Counted from the first letter of the stretch, positions 8,737 through 20,100 are shown. The stretch: 64,000 nt of DNA from an uncultured Chitinophaga sp. (GCA_964493695.1 CAZBPG010000007.1:329-64328), one strand, 5' to 3'. The notes: generated by a model from the sequence alone, not told the origin. Numbers and translations: made by a program.

Positions 8737-10050
8737 GTGAACAGGCTCATACGCGGATTAAGTTTACGACAAGCCGTTGCTATAAACACTATTGACATGG
8801 TGGGCATTGGTCCGTTCATTACCATTCCATTTATCATTGGAGCCATGAATGGCCCGCAGTGTATTCTGGCATGGGTGCTGGGTGCGGTGCTTTCTTTTGC
8901 CGATGGCTCTGTTTGGGCAGAACTTGGCGCTAAATGGCCCGAAGCCGGAGGCAGCTACTCCTTTCTGCAAAACCTTTACGGCAAGAAAAAATGCGGAAGA
9001 CTACTTTCATTCCTTTACATCTGGCAAACAATTATTCAGGCACCATTGGTGGTAGCATCAGGTGCTATTGGTTTTTCGCAGTATCTCACTTTCTTAATTC
9101 CGCTTACAACCATTGAGCAAAAAATTGTTTCCGGTGCATTGGTTATTCTTATCACCATTCTACTCTACCGAAAGATTACCGACATCGGAAAAATTTCCGT
9201 GTTCATGGGGATGATAGTTGCCGGCACAATTCTATGGTTGATTTTAAGCGCTGTTCCGAATTTCAATTCATCGCTTGCATTTACTTATTCGAAAGATGCT
9301 TTTGACCTTACACCTGTTTTCTTTTTGGGATTGGGCCAGGCAAGTATTAAAACGGTTTATTCTTTTCTCGGCTACTATAACGTGTGTCATTTAGGCGGAG
9401 AGATTAAAGAACCGGAGCGCAATATTCCGCGCAGTATTTTTATTTCAATCGCCATCATTGCCGTACTGTATTTACTGATGCAGATTTCTGTGCTTGGAAT
9501 TATTCCCTGGCAGGAGGCAAAAGACTCTCCGTTTATTGTCAGTTTATATTTCGAAAAAATTTACGGACATACCATTGCGCTGGTGGCAACAGCTTTGGTT
9601 CTTTTCATAGCTATTACCTCTCTGTTTGCTGTCTTGCTTGGTTATTCGCGAGTGCCTTATGCTGCAGCAGTAGATGGAAATTTCTTTTCTGTGTTCGGTA
9701 AACTGCATCCAACCAAGCACTTTCCGCATGTTTCATTATTGATTCTTGCCGGAGTAGCTTTTGTTTTCAGTTTGCTGTTTAAAATGAAGGAGGTCATCAC
9801 TGCCATTATCGTGATGCGGATTATCGTTCAGTTTCTGGGGCAAAGCATAGGTATTCTTCTCTATCACAAAAAGCACAACAATGAAAAATTTCCTTTCCGC
9901 ATGTGGCTTTATCCCTTACCCGCATTTGTTGGAATTATAGTGTGGCTTTTCATTTTCTTTTCTGCCGATTGGTTTTACATAACTGGTGCAATAGGCGTAA
10001 TAGCATTGGGTTGTTTGGTTTATTGGCTGAAAGAAAAACGAACTGCTTAG
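8737..10050 (+). CDS. APC superfamily amino acid permease
   Basis: 437 aa, about 12 hydrophobic segments, N-terminal amino-acid permease signature region. GTG start. Confidence 0.8.
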   Translation: MNRLIRGLSLRQAVAINTIDMVGIGPFITIPFIIGAMNGPQCILAWVLGAVLSFADGSVWAELGAKWPEAGGSYSFLQNLYGKKKCGRLLSFLYIWQTIIQAPLVVASGAIGFSQYLTFLIPLTTIEQKIVSGALVILITILLYRKITDIGKISVFMGMIVAGTILWLILSAVPNFNSSLAFTYSKDAFDLTPVFFLGLGQASIKTVYSFLGYYNVCHLGGEIKEPERNIPRSIFISIAIIAVLYLLMQISVLGIIPWQEAKDSPFIVSLYFEKIYGHTIALVATALVLFIAITSLFAVLLGYSRVPYAAAVDGNFFSVFGKLHPTKHFPHVSLLILAGVAFVFSLLFKMKEVITAIIVMRIIVQFLGQSIGILLYHKKHNNEKFPFRMWLYPLPAFVGIIVWLFIFFSADWFYITGAIGVIALGCLVYWLKEKRTA

Positions 10051-10132
10051 TGTCCATTTTGGGTTTGTGTTGTTTAAAAACTCGCTCACATTCCATCTTA
10101 AAGCATTGGATATTCGCCCAAAAGAAAAGCAG

Positions 10133-12571
10133 ATGCAGGTTTTAAAGTTCGGAGGCACGTCCGTTGCCAATGCAGAAAATATTTCGAAGACCATCGCCAT
10201 AGTGCAGAAAGCCCTTACAAAAGGAAAAACTATGGTGGTTGTTTCCGCCTTGGGCGGAACAACCGATATGTTGATTGATGCGGGAAAATCAGCCGCTGGC
10301 GGAAATGAATCTTATAAAGAAAAGTTAAACGCAATTGAACAACGCCATCTGCAAACGGTAAAAGATTTAATACCGGTGGCGATTCAAAGCGCTATTCTGA
10401 GTGAAGTAAAAAAACAAGGCAACGAACTCGAAGCTATCTGTGAAGGAATTTTTCTGCTGCGCGAATTATCTAACCGTACCCTTGACCGGATTGTAAGCTT
10501 TGGCGAGCTGCTTTCGTCTATCATCATTTCGCACAAGTTGAAATCTCTCGATATTAAGCACGAGTGGAAAGATTCGCGCGAGTTGATTGAAACAAATTCC
10601 AATTACACTTTTGCCGCGGTGAACTTTGATGCCACCAATAAAAAGATTAAAGCGTTTGTAAAGGAAAAACCTTCTTCGCTTTATTTGTTTCCGGGTTTTA
10701 TTGCAAGCAATGCAGAAGGCATTACTACTACGCTCGGCCGTGGCGGTTCAGATTATACTGCTGCAATTTTAGCAGCAGCAGTTAAAGCCAATATGTTGGA
10801 AATTTGGACCGATGTGAGCGGCATGATGACGGCTGACCCGCGCCTGGTGCAAAATGTAAAAGTTATTCCGCGCATCTCATACCAGGAAGCAATGGAGCTT
10901 TCGCATTTTGGTGCAAAGGTTATTTATCCGCCAACCATTCAACCGGTGATGAGCTTGGGAATACCGCTGTGGATTAAAAACACATTTGCTCCGGATGACG
11001 AAGGAACACTGATTGAAAATAAGACAGAGGCAAACCAAAACGTGGTATGCGGTATTTCGAGCATCGGTAAAGTTTCAATGTTATTGCTGGAAGGCAGCGG
11101 CATGATTGGCATTCCGGGATTTTCGAAACGACTGTTCGGTGCTCTTTCGAAAGAAAAGATAAATGTGATTTTGATTACCCAGAGTTCATCGGAGCATTCT
11201 ATCTGTGTGGCTATTGATGAGGCGAACGCAGCCAAAGCAAAAGCAGCGGTTGATGGAGAATTCGAATTCGAAATCGAAACGGGAAAACTGGAGCCGTTAA
11301 ACGTTGAAAATTCGCTGGCTATTGTTGCGTTGGTTGGCGATAATATGAGAAATCATCCCGGCATAAGCGGGAGAATGTTTAGCGCCTTAGGAAAGAATGG
11401 AGTAAACATCCGCGCAATTGCGCAAGGCTCTTCTGAAAAAAATATTTCTGCCGTTATCACTTCACCGGATGTGAAGAAGGCGATCAACGTATTGCACGAA
11501 GAATTTTTTGAAACTGCTTACAAACAGATAAATCTTTTTATTGCCGGAGCAGGAAATGTAGGTAAGCGTTTAATTGAACAATTGAAACAACAACAGGAAT
11601 ATTTGCAAACACATTTGCGTCTGAACTTTCGCGTAGCGGCTATTGCCAATAGCAGACAGGTGGCACTAAACGAAGAAGGAATTGACTTGAGCAATTGGGA
11701 AACCGAACTGAAGAAGGCAGCGCCCATGAAATTAAATGAACTGGTGAAATTTATTAGGGAAAAGAATTTGCGCAATTCTGTTTTTGTAGATGTCACCGCC
11801 AATGAAGAGGTTTCAAAAACTTATGCCTCATTGTTACAAAGAAGTGTATCGGTGGTGGCGTGCAATAAAATTGCAGCATCTTCTTCTTTCAGCAATTATG
11901 AGCGGCTTAAAAGCACAGCGCGCGAATTCAACACTTCATTTCTCTTTGAAACCAATGTAGGTGCCGGACTGCCCGTTATAGGCACACTGAACGACTTAAT
12001 GAAAAGCGGTGATGAAGTACAAAAGATACAGGCAGTGCTTTCGGGCACCTTGAACTTTGTTTTTAATAACTACAACGGAACAAAAACGTTTGCCAGTGTG
12101 GTAAAGCAGGCGCAAGATGAAGGCTACACCGAACCGGACCCGCGACTGGATTTAGGCGGAACAGATGTCATGCGCAAGATTTTGATTCTTGCGCGCGAAG
12201 CAGGAAACAAAATGGAGATGGGCGATATAGCAAACGATGTTTTTCTACCGGAAGAATGTATGCAAGGCGATGTGACGTCTTTCTACAAAACATTGGAGAA
12301 ACACGAAGCGCATTTCAAAAAAATGTACGATGCTGCTGCGGCTAAGGATTGCAAGCTGAAGTTTGTTGCACAACTGGAAAACGGAAAAGCATCGGTGGGC
12401 TTGCAGCATATTGGCAAGGAACACGACCTGTATCATTTGTACGGCAAGGACAATGTAGTTTTGTTTTATACCCGCAGGTATTCACAACAACCACTGGTGA
12501 TAAAAGGTGCCGGAGCCGGTGCCGATGTAACTGCCTCAGGAGTGTTTGCCGATATTTTAAGAGCTGTTTGA
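10133..12571 (+). CDS. thrA: Bifunctional aspartokinase / homoserine dehydrogenase
   Basis: MQVLKFGGTSVA aspartokinase start, ACT region, C-terminal homoserine dehydrogenase (GAGNVG, LSGTLNF). ATG at 10133 preferred over the upstream extension. Confidence 0.9.
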   Translation: MQVLKFGGTSVANAENISKTIAIVQKALTKGKTMVVVSALGGTTDMLIDAGKSAAGGNESYKEKLNAIEQRHLQTVKDLIPVAIQSAILSEVKKQGNELEAICEGIFLLRELSNRTLDRIVSFGELLSSIIISHKLKSLDIKHEWKDSRELIETNSNYTFAAVNFDATNKKIKAFVKEKPSSLYLFPGFIASNAEGITTTLGRGGSDYTAAILAAAVKANMLEIWTDVSGMMTADPRLVQNVKVIPRISYQEAMELSHFGAKVIYPPTIQPVMSLGIPLWIKNTFAPDDEGTLIENKTEANQNVVCGISSIGKVSMLLLEGSGMIGIPGFSKRLFGALSKEKINVILITQSSSEHSICVAIDEANAAKAKAAVDGEFEFEIETGKLEPLNVENSLAIVALVGDNMRNHPGISGRMFSALGKNGVNIRAIAQGSSEKNISAVITSPDVKKAINVLHEEFFETAYKQINLFIAGAGNVGKRLIEQLKQQQEYLQTHLRLNFRVAAIANSRQVALNEEGIDLSNWETELKKAAPMKLNELVKFIREKNLRNSVFVDVTANEEVSKTYASLLQRSVSVVACNKIAASSSFSNYERLKSTAREFNTSFLFETNVGAGLPVIGTLNDLMKSGDEVQKIQAVLSGTLNFVFNNYNGTKTFASVVKQAQDEGYTEPDPRLDLGGTDVMRKILILAREAGNKMEMGDIANDVFLPEECMQGDVTSFYKTLEKHEAHFKKMYDAAAAKDCKLKFVAQLENGKASVGLQHIGKEHDLYHLYGKDNVVLFYTRRYSQQPLVIKGAGAGADVTASGVFADILRAV

Positions 12572-12573
12572 TT

Positions 12574-13497
12574 ATGACACAAGTAACCGTTTTATCGCCT
12601 GCTACTGTTGCCAACATTGTTTGCGGTTTTGATGTGCTGGGTTTAGCCCTTAACGCGCCCAGCGATAAACTGGTAATGCGGCTACTTGATAAAAGAGAAA
12701 TCCGCATTATAAATAAAGATAGCTACCATCTTCCGGTTGAACCGGAGAAAAATGTTTTTGGAGGAGCATTGCTGGCCATGATACGCGAGGTGAATGAAGA
12801 AATAGGTTTTGAAATTGAAAGCACAAAAGTGATAAAGCCGGGAAGCGGCATTGGCTCAAGCGCGGCAAGTGCAGCCGGTGCGGTGGTGGGCGCGAATCAT
12901 TTGCTCGGTAACCGGTTTGCCAAACAGGAACTTGTGCAGTTTGCTACTTATGGTGAACAGGTGGCATCCGGTTCGCGGCATGCCGATAATATTGCCCCCT
13001 GTATTTACGGAGGCGTTACGCTTATCCGAAGTAACGAGCCGCTCGATATTATCCCGTTGAATTTTCCTCCTCTTTATGTAACGGTTATTCATCCACAAAT
13101 TGAAGTGAAGACCAGTTACGCACGCGAAATTTTGCCTAAACAGGTTTCATTAAAAGATGCCGTTACGCAATGGGCCAATGTTGGCGGTTTGGTGGCGGGC
13201 TTTATGAAACAGGATTACGATTTAATTGGCCGCTCGCTGCAAGATGTTTTGATAGAACCCGTGCGCAGCAAACTCATTCCGGGTTTTGATGAGATAAAAA
13301 AGCTAAGCAAAGAAGCCGGTGCGCTGGGCGGAGGCATATCCGGTTCCGGTCCATCAGTGTTTATGTTGAGTAAAGACGAAGCAACAGCTAAAGCAGTTGA
13401 GCAGGCCATGCGCAGGGTTTATGAAAAAGTAGGAGTTGATTTTCATATTCATTTAACTACAGTGAATTCACGCGGGGTGGAAGTTGTAAATTCTTAA
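12574..13497 (+). CDS. thrB: Homoserine kinase
   Basis: GHMP kinase motif PGSGIGSSAAS. ATG at 12574 lies 3 nt after the thrA stop. The ORF-track extension back to 12349 overlaps thrA and is rejected. Confidence 0.9.
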   Translation: MTQVTVLSPATVANIVCGFDVLGLALNAPSDKLVMRLLDKREIRIINKDSYHLPVEPEKNVFGGALLAMIREVNEEIGFEIESTKVIKPGSGIGSSAASAAGAVVGANHLLGNRFAKQELVQFATYGEQVASGSRHADNIAPCIYGGVTLIRSNEPLDIIPLNFPPLYVTVIHPQIEVKTSYAREILPKQVSLKDAVTQWANVGGLVAGFMKQDYDLIGRSLQDVLIEPVRSKLIPGFDEIKKLSKEAGALGGGISGSGPSVFMLSKDEATAKAVEQAMRRVYEKVGVDFHIHLTTVNSRGVEVVNS

Positions 13498-13502
13498 CAC
13501 AG

Positions 13503-14795
13503 ATGCTTTACCATAGCACCAGTAACAATTCAGAGAAGGCAGATTTCAGGGAAGCCACCATTCGCGGGCAGGCACCGGATAAAGGTTTGTATTTTCCCGA
13601 CAGCATTCCGGTGTTATCGAAGGCGTTTCTTTCTTCTTTCAAACAAAAATCAAAAGCGCAGATTGCCTTTGAAGTTATTCGCCCTTATGTGGGCGATACA
13701 ATTAATGAGCCGGATTTGTTTCAAATCTGTGAGCATACCGTCAGCTTTGATTTTCCGCTCGTAAAAGTTACAGATAACATTTCTTCTCTCGAGTTGTTTC
13801 ACGGACCAACGCTGGCGTTTAAAGATGTGGGCGCCAGATTCATGAGCCGTTGCCTGGGTTATTTTTCTAAAACCAATCAACGCAGGGTAACGGTGTTAGT
13901 AGCTACCTCCGGTGATACAGGCAGCGCGGTGGCAAATGGTTTTCTCGGTGTAGAGGGGGTGGATGTGGTTATTCTTTATCCATCCCGGAAAGTGAGCAGG
14001 ATTCAGGAATTGCAATTAACTACACTCGGGCGAAATATTACAGCACTTGAAGTGCAGGGCACTTTTGATGACTGTCAGCAGATGGTGAAGCAGGCGTTTA
14101 TGGATGCCGAACTGAACGAAAAGCATTTTCTCACTTCGGCTAACTCTATAAATGTAGCGCGCTGGCTGCCACAGCAGTTTTATTATTTCTACGCATTGCA
14201 GCAATGGGAACACGATGAACCATCGGTAGTGTGTGTGCCCAGCGGAAACTTCGGGAATATTTGTGCCGGTCTGCTGGCTGCGGCTTCCGGTTTACCGGTA
14301 AAGCATTTTGTGGCGGCCTGTAACAGCAACGATGTGTTTACCAAGTATCTTTCATCCGGTGAGTTGCATTCACAACAGGCTATTGCTACTATTTCAAACG
14401 CAATGGATGTAGGAAACCCCAGCAATCTGGTTCGGTTGCTTGAGTTATTCGGTCACGATTATTCGCGCATCAAAAATTTTATCAGCAGTTATTCTGTCAG
14501 CGATAAAGAAACGGCTGAAACTATTTCCCGCGTTTACAAAGAGTATAACTACACGCTTGACCCGCATGGTGCGGTAGCTTATGCAGCGATTGAAAGGTAC
14601 CTTTCCGAAAACCAGCCTTCAAAAGGATTGTTTTTAGAAACTGCCCATCCGGTTAAGTTCAGCGAAGTGGTGGAAAGGGCAACCGGTTCGGTTGTTGAAG
14701 TTCCGGATTCTATGAAGCACCTTCTGCATCTGAAAAAGAAAAGCATACCGATAGAAGCAAAATATGAAGCGCTGAAGAGTTTTCTTTCGGCTTAG
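13503..14795 (+). CDS. thrC: Threonine synthase
   Basis: 430 aa. PLP-lysine region GPTLAFKDVG. Third gene of the thrABC arrangement. Confidence 0.9.
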   Translation: MLYHSTSNNSEKADFREATIRGQAPDKGLYFPDSIPVLSKAFLSSFKQKSKAQIAFEVIRPYVGDTINEPDLFQICEHTVSFDFPLVKVTDNISSLELFHGPTLAFKDVGARFMSRCLGYFSKTNQRRVTVLVATSGDTGSAVANGFLGVEGVDVVILYPSRKVSRIQELQLTTLGRNITALEVQGTFDDCQQMVKQAFMDAELNEKHFLTSANSINVARWLPQQFYYFYALQQWEHDEPSVVCVPSGNFGNICAGLLAAASGLPVKHFVAACNSNDVFTKYLSSGELHSQQAIATISNAMDVGNPSNLVRLLELFGHDYSRIKNFISSYSVSDKETAETISRVYKEYNYTLDPHGAVAYAAIERYLSENQPSKGLFLETAHPVKFSEVVERATGSVVEVPDSMKHLLHLKKKSIPIEAKYEALKSFLSA

Positions 14796-14799
14796 CTAT

Positions 14800-14834
14800 T
14801 AAGTGTGCCACGGTTTTAAACCGTGGCACACTTA
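14800..14834. terminator. Hairpin between convergent thrC and the AI-2E gene (likely bidirectional terminator)
   Basis: 14-bp perfect stem TAAGTGTGCCACGG / CCGTGGCACACTTA with loop TTTTAAA. Confidence 0.55.
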
Positions 14835-14835
14835 C

Positions 14836-15855
14836 TTAATGTTCTTCACCGAGATATTCGTTGCGGTAGATTTTCAGCAACAGAATAAAGTAGGAGATGA
14901 GCAGGGGCCCGAAAATAATTCCTACAAAACCGAATACCGGAAGGCCAATGATTACCCCGAAGAAAGTAATGAGCGGATGAGTATCACCCAGCTTTTTCTG
15001 CACCACAAACCGGAACACATTATCCACGTTGGTAATAATAGCGCCCCCGTATATGAAGAGCCCGACTCCCTGCCAGTGGTGTCCACCGGCATAAAGAAAA
15101 ACAGCCAGTGGAATCCAGACAATAGTGGTGCCCACTACCGGAAGCACACTCATAATGCCGGTAAGCACTGCCCAGAAAAAAGCCTCGTCCACACCAAAAA
15201 TTAAATAACCGATAAAGGCCGTAACTGACTGGAGAGTGGCAAGCACCGGAATACCGATGGCGTTTGAAAAGGTTTGTGTCTTTAACTCGCTCAGCAGCAA
15301 CCGGTCGTTGGTTTCGTTAAACGGCAAATTGTCGCGCACATAATTTTCAAATTGTCTGGCATTAGCCAGCATAAAATACAGGAGAAAGTAGAGCACAAAC
15401 ACATCGGCTACAGCACTAAGTGTGGCAGAAAGAAACCCCGGCACCACATCAGCCGCCAGCGAAGTAAGTTTGCTGACCGCATCCTGCGAAAGTAAGTCAA
15501 CGCCTAAGAAGTCTTTTGCTACGTTGCTTTGTTCCTGCACCAAACGAAGAATGTCCTCATAATGATTTATCAGGTAACTCACCTTGCCCGATAGCATAAG
15601 CGAAACCAACAGCACCGGTAACACCAGCACTAAAAACGAAGCCATCATCATGACCGAAACGGCCAGTGTTTTATTCCATTTACGCCTGGCGCTTTCGGTG
15701 AGATAAAAAACCGGTTTACGCAGCAACACATAGAAAACAACAGCACCGAGAACGGCACTCAAAAACCCTTTGAGCAACCAGAATAAGAAGCCGCCCAGCA
15801 GGAAAAGGGCGATAAGAAACAGCGATTGTTTGAGCTTGTCGTTATTCAAGTGCAT
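14836..15855 (-). CDS. AI-2E family transporter (PerM/UPF0118)
   Basis: 339 aa, 7-8 TM segments, family-typical C-terminal half (GIPVLATLQSVTAFIGYLIFGV...). Confidence 0.8.
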   Translation of the reverse strand: MHLNNDKLKQSLFLIALFLLGGFLFWLLKGFLSAVLGAVVFYVLLRKPVFYLTESARRKWNKTLAVSVMMMASFLVLVLPVLLVSLMLSGKVSYLINHYEDILRLVQEQSNVAKDFLGVDLLSQDAVSKLTSLAADVVPGFLSATLSAVADVFVLYFLLYFMLANARQFENYVRDNLPFNETNDRLLLSELKTQTFSNAIGIPVLATLQSVTAFIGYLIFGVDEAFFWAVLTGIMSVLPVVGTTIVWIPLAVFLYAGGHHWQGVGLFIYGGAIITNVDNVFRFVVQKKLGDTHPLITFFGVIIGLPVFGFVGIIFGPLLISYFILLLKIYRNEYLGEEH

Positions 15856-15946
15856 ACAATAAAAATAGAAGTTAATAGTTATTATATAAGCAAGTCTTAA
15901 ACAATTCTATGTATTACAGCCGTTACGCCACCAATTTCTTTTTTTT

Positions 15947-16558
15947 ATGAACCGGCTATATTTTTCTATGCTTTGCATCAGTTCAGTATTGGTAATGACC
16001 GGTTGTAGCCTGGTCAACCGCCTTGCCACTAACACACACGACAGCTTTCTGCTTACTGCGCCTTACGATGTAGTCATTGTTCCCGGTGTGCCGTTTGATA
16101 CCGGTAAGGTAAATCAGATTTATAAAGCGCGGATGCTTTGGGCCAAGTGGCTTTTCGACAGAAAGATTGCGAAGAATATCATCTTTTCCGGTGGGGCGGT
16201 TCATACTCCGTTTGTGGAAGGTCAGGCTATGAAGATAATGGCCGACTCGATGGGGATTCCTTCTGAAAAAACTTTTGCGGAGAGCCGAGCCGAACACAGC
16301 ACCGAGAATGTAGATTTCGGAATTCAGTTAGCCCGGCAATTGGGTTTCAAAAAAATTGCCGTGGCCACCGACCCGTTTCAATCGCATTTTATAAGGCGGT
16401 TTATACAGGCGTGTAAAATCAACATTGCGCTGGTGCCGTTTCCGTTGCAGATGATGCCGCTGTACTATAAGCGCACCGTGCCGCGCATTGATGCCAGAGA
16501 GGCATACGTAAAAAATTTTGTGCCGCCCGATAAACGCGAGGTGGCACAGCGCGATTAA
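15947..16558 (+). CDS. YdcF/ElyC-like DUF218 domain protein, lipoprotein-type signal
   Basis: 203 aa. Signal VLVMTGCS. DUF218-like core (VVIVPGVP..., IIFSGGAVHTP..EG). Confidence 0.65.
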   Translation: MNRLYFSMLCISSVLVMTGCSLVNRLATNTHDSFLLTAPYDVVIVPGVPFDTGKVNQIYKARMLWAKWLFDRKIAKNIIFSGGAVHTPFVEGQAMKIMADSMGIPSEKTFAESRAEHSTENVDFGIQLARQLGFKKIAVATDPFQSHFIRRFIQACKINIALVPFPLQMMPLYYKRTVPRIDAREAYVKNFVPPDKREVAQRD

Positions 16559-16602
16559 TTCTGAACTTTTTCAGTTATAGTTTGTCTACTATTGAAAGAC
16601 GT

Positions 16603-17070
16603 ATGAGCCAACTATATTCTTTTCAAACCATTCAAAAAATTCCGGCACCGGCAGATAAGGTGTGGGAATTTATTTCATCTCCTGATAATTTGAAAGTAAT
16701 AACGCCACCGGGTATGGCGTTTGAAGTAATTTCCGATACGCCCAGCGATAAAATGTATGCCGGTTTAATTATTGCCTATAAGGTGAGTCCGCTGTTGGGT
16801 ATTAAACTGAATTGGGTGACTGAGATTACGCATGTGAAGGAAGGCGAATACTTTGTGGATGAACAACGTTTTGGTCCTTACGCCTTATGGCACCATAAAC
16901 ATTTTATTAAACCGATTGAGCGCGGAGTGGAGATGACCGACATTGTTCACTATAAAATTCCTTTCGGAATTTTAGGTGATGTGGCCAATGCATTGTTTGT
17001 TCGGAGTAAACTGAAAGAAATTTTCGACTACCGGTTTAAGAAGGTGGAAGAGATATTCGGGAAGTATTAA
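16603..17070 (+). CDS. SRPBCC (START/polyketide-cyclase-like) superfamily protein
   Basis: About 155 aa with a pattern typical of the SRPBCC/CoxG-like fold. The assignment is fold-level only. Confidence 0.55.
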   Translation: MSQLYSFQTIQKIPAPADKVWEFISSPDNLKVITPPGMAFEVISDTPSDKMYAGLIIAYKVSPLLGIKLNWVTEITHVKEGEYFVDEQRFGPYALWHHKHFIKPIERGVEMTDIVHYKIPFGILGDVANALFVRSKLKEIFDYRFKKVEEIFGKY

Positions 17071-17072
17071 AA

Positions 17073-17105
17073 AGCGATGCCATCTCTTTGAGAGATGGCA
17101 TCGCT
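17073..17105. terminator. Perfect 15-bp stem hairpin downstream of the SRPBCC gene
   Basis: AGCGATGCCATCTCT-TTG-AGAGATGGCATCGCT. Confidence 0.55.
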
Positions 17106-17113
17106 GCGATAGA

Positions 17114-17146
17114 AACCCCGAAAGGGTTCTAAACCCTTTCGGGGTT
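17114..17146. repeat. REP-like palindromic element AACCCCGAAAGGGTT-CTA-AACCCTTTCGGGGTT (family copy 1)
   Basis: The same palindrome recurs at 37091-37120, 41596-41615 (half) and 60926-60957. Confidence 0.85.
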
Positions 17147-17153
17147 GGAAATT

Positions 17154-20100
17154 TTATTCCACCACCAATCTTCCAAACGCCTTTTGTTTTTCGGAAGTTG
17201 TAATGCTGTAGAAATAAATTCCGGCACTCATGCCCTCGCGGTTAATGGTAAACCGGTTGTCGCTCAGCGCATTTATTTTCTTCAACAGCTTTCCGCTTAC
17301 ATCAAATAATTCGAAATGATAGGCACCGGTAATGCCCTCTACCGTTATTTGTGTTTGTTGTGTAAACGGATTGGGTGCGGCAATCACGGTTATACCCGCA
17401 TCGCTGGTGGTGTTGTGAATAGCATTCGGTTCGGTAAGGCGGCTGCTGACAGTGTTGGTTTTTATCGGCTCGTTGTAATCGAAATAGATGCTGGCACTGT
17501 TTTTAATTTCGGTGTTCAGCGGTAAGCCGTTTTTCTTCTTTATGCGAAAGGTTACAAAGCCCTTGCTTGCCGGTTCGTTGGTGGCGCTGTCTACTAAGAA
17601 AATTGGATTAAACACCCAGGTGAGTATTCCATTTCCCGATACATCGAACGAAGTATACTCATGGCTGCTCGCCAGGTTTTCTATTGTGGCAGGATTGAGA
17701 TAGGAGCTCAGCGTATCTTTCAGAATTATAAATGAGGTGGTATCGTTACCGGTGTTCTGGAAATGAATAGTATAGGTAAGTATACTGTCTTCTTCAAAAA
17801 TATCACCGGCAGGCGAAACTTCTTTTTCGTTAGGGTCCATGGAACCGGTTACCGGTTGCGTATAAATCTGATGATTATCCAAAGTATCGCAATCTCCGCT
17901 GTAAGGCAGTACCCAGAACTCCTGCGTTAGCTGATAGCCGATAGGTGTATTGGCAGGCACGGTTAAAAACACCTGCGGACGGTTAGCCCACGAAACAGAC
18001 GCAGAGGCATCGGCCACCTGCCAGGTAACGGTGCGGTTGCCCGCATTATGCACGCCACCGTTGTTGCTGCTCTGGTAAACCAGAATAGGGTCGTATTTAA
18101 AAATGATAGTGGCCGGACCGCTGTACTGCGGATTGCTTTGCTGCCAAACCAAAATCCAGTACTGTTTGGTAAAACCGGGGTTGGCACTCGTCCAGCCGGG
18201 GTGCAGCGCCAAATCGAAACCGCTTACGCCACCCATGCCCATGTTCACCACAGCGGTATCGCTTACACCGGCAAAAGTAACCGGACCGGTGCTGCACAAC
18301 ACTACGTTGGAGCAGCCCCCCCAGTTGTTATAGGCCTGAAGGGTAAAACTGCCCGCTGCGGGAATTTGAATAGTATATAAACCGGTGTTGTTGGTGTAGC
18401 CGTAATAACTGCCTCCACTACCGGTGGCATATATGCTCATGCCGGTAATAGGTACTTCGCCCGAATCTTTTACGCAATTGCCGTTGGCATCGTTAAAAGC
18501 GTATCCCTGTATCACGTTATGGCACGAAGTATAAATGTAAACATAGCCAATGCGGATACAGCCATCGGCACCTGTTACGGTAACGCTGTAACTGCCGCTT
18601 GACAGACCGGTAAGGGTTTGCGAAGTATCGCTGTTGCTCCACAAAAAGGTGAAAGGAGCAGTGCCGCCATATACGCTTACGGTTGCTGTGCCGTTGTTGC
18701 TGCAATTGGCGGAGGTGCCGGTGGCATATACATAATATCCGTAGTTGGTACTGCTTTGACTGACGAAGTAAGAAAAGGTAGCCTCACATAAAGCAGCATC
18801 GGTAACGGTAAGCGTGTAAGTGCCCGCTACAATACCGGTAATACTATCAGCGGTAGTGCCAGTGTTCCACAAATAGGTATAAGGCGGGCTGCCACCGGTT
18901 ACGGTTACCGAAAGCGAACCATCGGGTATGCCGTTGCAGCTTACCGGATGCGAACTTTGCAGGGCAACGACTACACCGGTGTTCAGCAAAGTATCAGCCG
19001 CTATTTGCACACAGCCCGAATCATCGGTTACCCAAACCAGATAAATACCGGCCTGGTCAACAGTAATTTCAGAGGTATTGGCACCGTTGTTCCATTGAAA
19101 GCTGTAAGGTGGTGTGCCACCGGTTACGTTGGCAGTAAGGGTATCGGTGGTATGGGTGCAGCTTAAATCCTGCGAGGTAATGGAAACCACTAAAGTATTG
19201 TTGGCGCACGAACCGGTAACCACAGCGGTGGTGCTAACGGTGCAGCCGTTGGCATCGGTAATGATAGCGGAGTAAGTTCCCGAACACAATCCGGAAACAT
19301 CTTCGGTAAACATAGCATTCGACCACAGGAAACTGTAAGGCGGAGTTCCACCGCCTACTGTTACATCAATAGCGCCATCGAAGGTACCGGTAGTAGATTC
19401 ATTGATTACAACATGCGTAGCCGTTAACGGTGTGGGCTCGAAAACAGTACCGGTAACAGTAGTACTACAGCCCCACGAATCGGTAACGGTAGCAGCGTAA
19501 TTACCTGCCATAAGGTTATTCATCATTTGCACCGTGCTGCCGTTGCTCCAGCTATAGGTATAAGGCGGGTGCCCACCGGTGGCTATAACCTGCAGGCCTC
19601 CATCATTTCCGCCAGCGCAGGATACACCGTTGGGAATAACCGTGGCCACTATCTGCGAAACCGAAATGCCAACACCCCCGGAGCTGTTGCAGCCGTTGGC
19701 ATCGGTAACGGTTAAAGTGGTATTGTAATAACCCTGGCTGGCATACACATGTACCGGTGTTATAAGGTTAGAGGTGGAGCCATCGCCAAAGTCCCAGATA
19801 TAGGTAAAGGGCGGTGTACCCGATTGTATTTGCGCAACAAAGCTAACCGGCTGCCCCGCACAGGTTATAGTATCGTTTACAAGCAGGGTAACATTTGCGT
19901 AAGGGAAAGCGGTGATAGTTACAAAGTCGGTATCCATGGCGCCTATGTTATCGGTAACTATTACCCGGTAGGTATAAGTGCCGTAAACCACTACCGTGGG
20001 GTTAGCCACCGTAGCACTGTTAAGTCCTATGGTAGGCGACCAGGCATAAGTATACGGACCGGTGCCACCGGCAGCGGTGGGGGAACCTCCAAGGTTTAAA

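Noticed and set aside
12349-12573. N-terminal extensions suggested by the ORF track for thrB (from 12349), thrA (from 10067), the rhomboid (7108), ctaA (38196), the esterase (46479), the epimerase (47466) and the nos membrane protein (57512)
   Set aside because: The extensions overlap the preceding gene or add residues ahead of an obvious signal peptide or conserved N-terminus. Internal ATG codons give family-typical starts.
14803-15204. 133-aa + strand ORF starting inside the thrC terminator hairpin
   Set aside because: It is entirely antisense to the well-supported AI-2E transporter gene and begins within a terminator stem.
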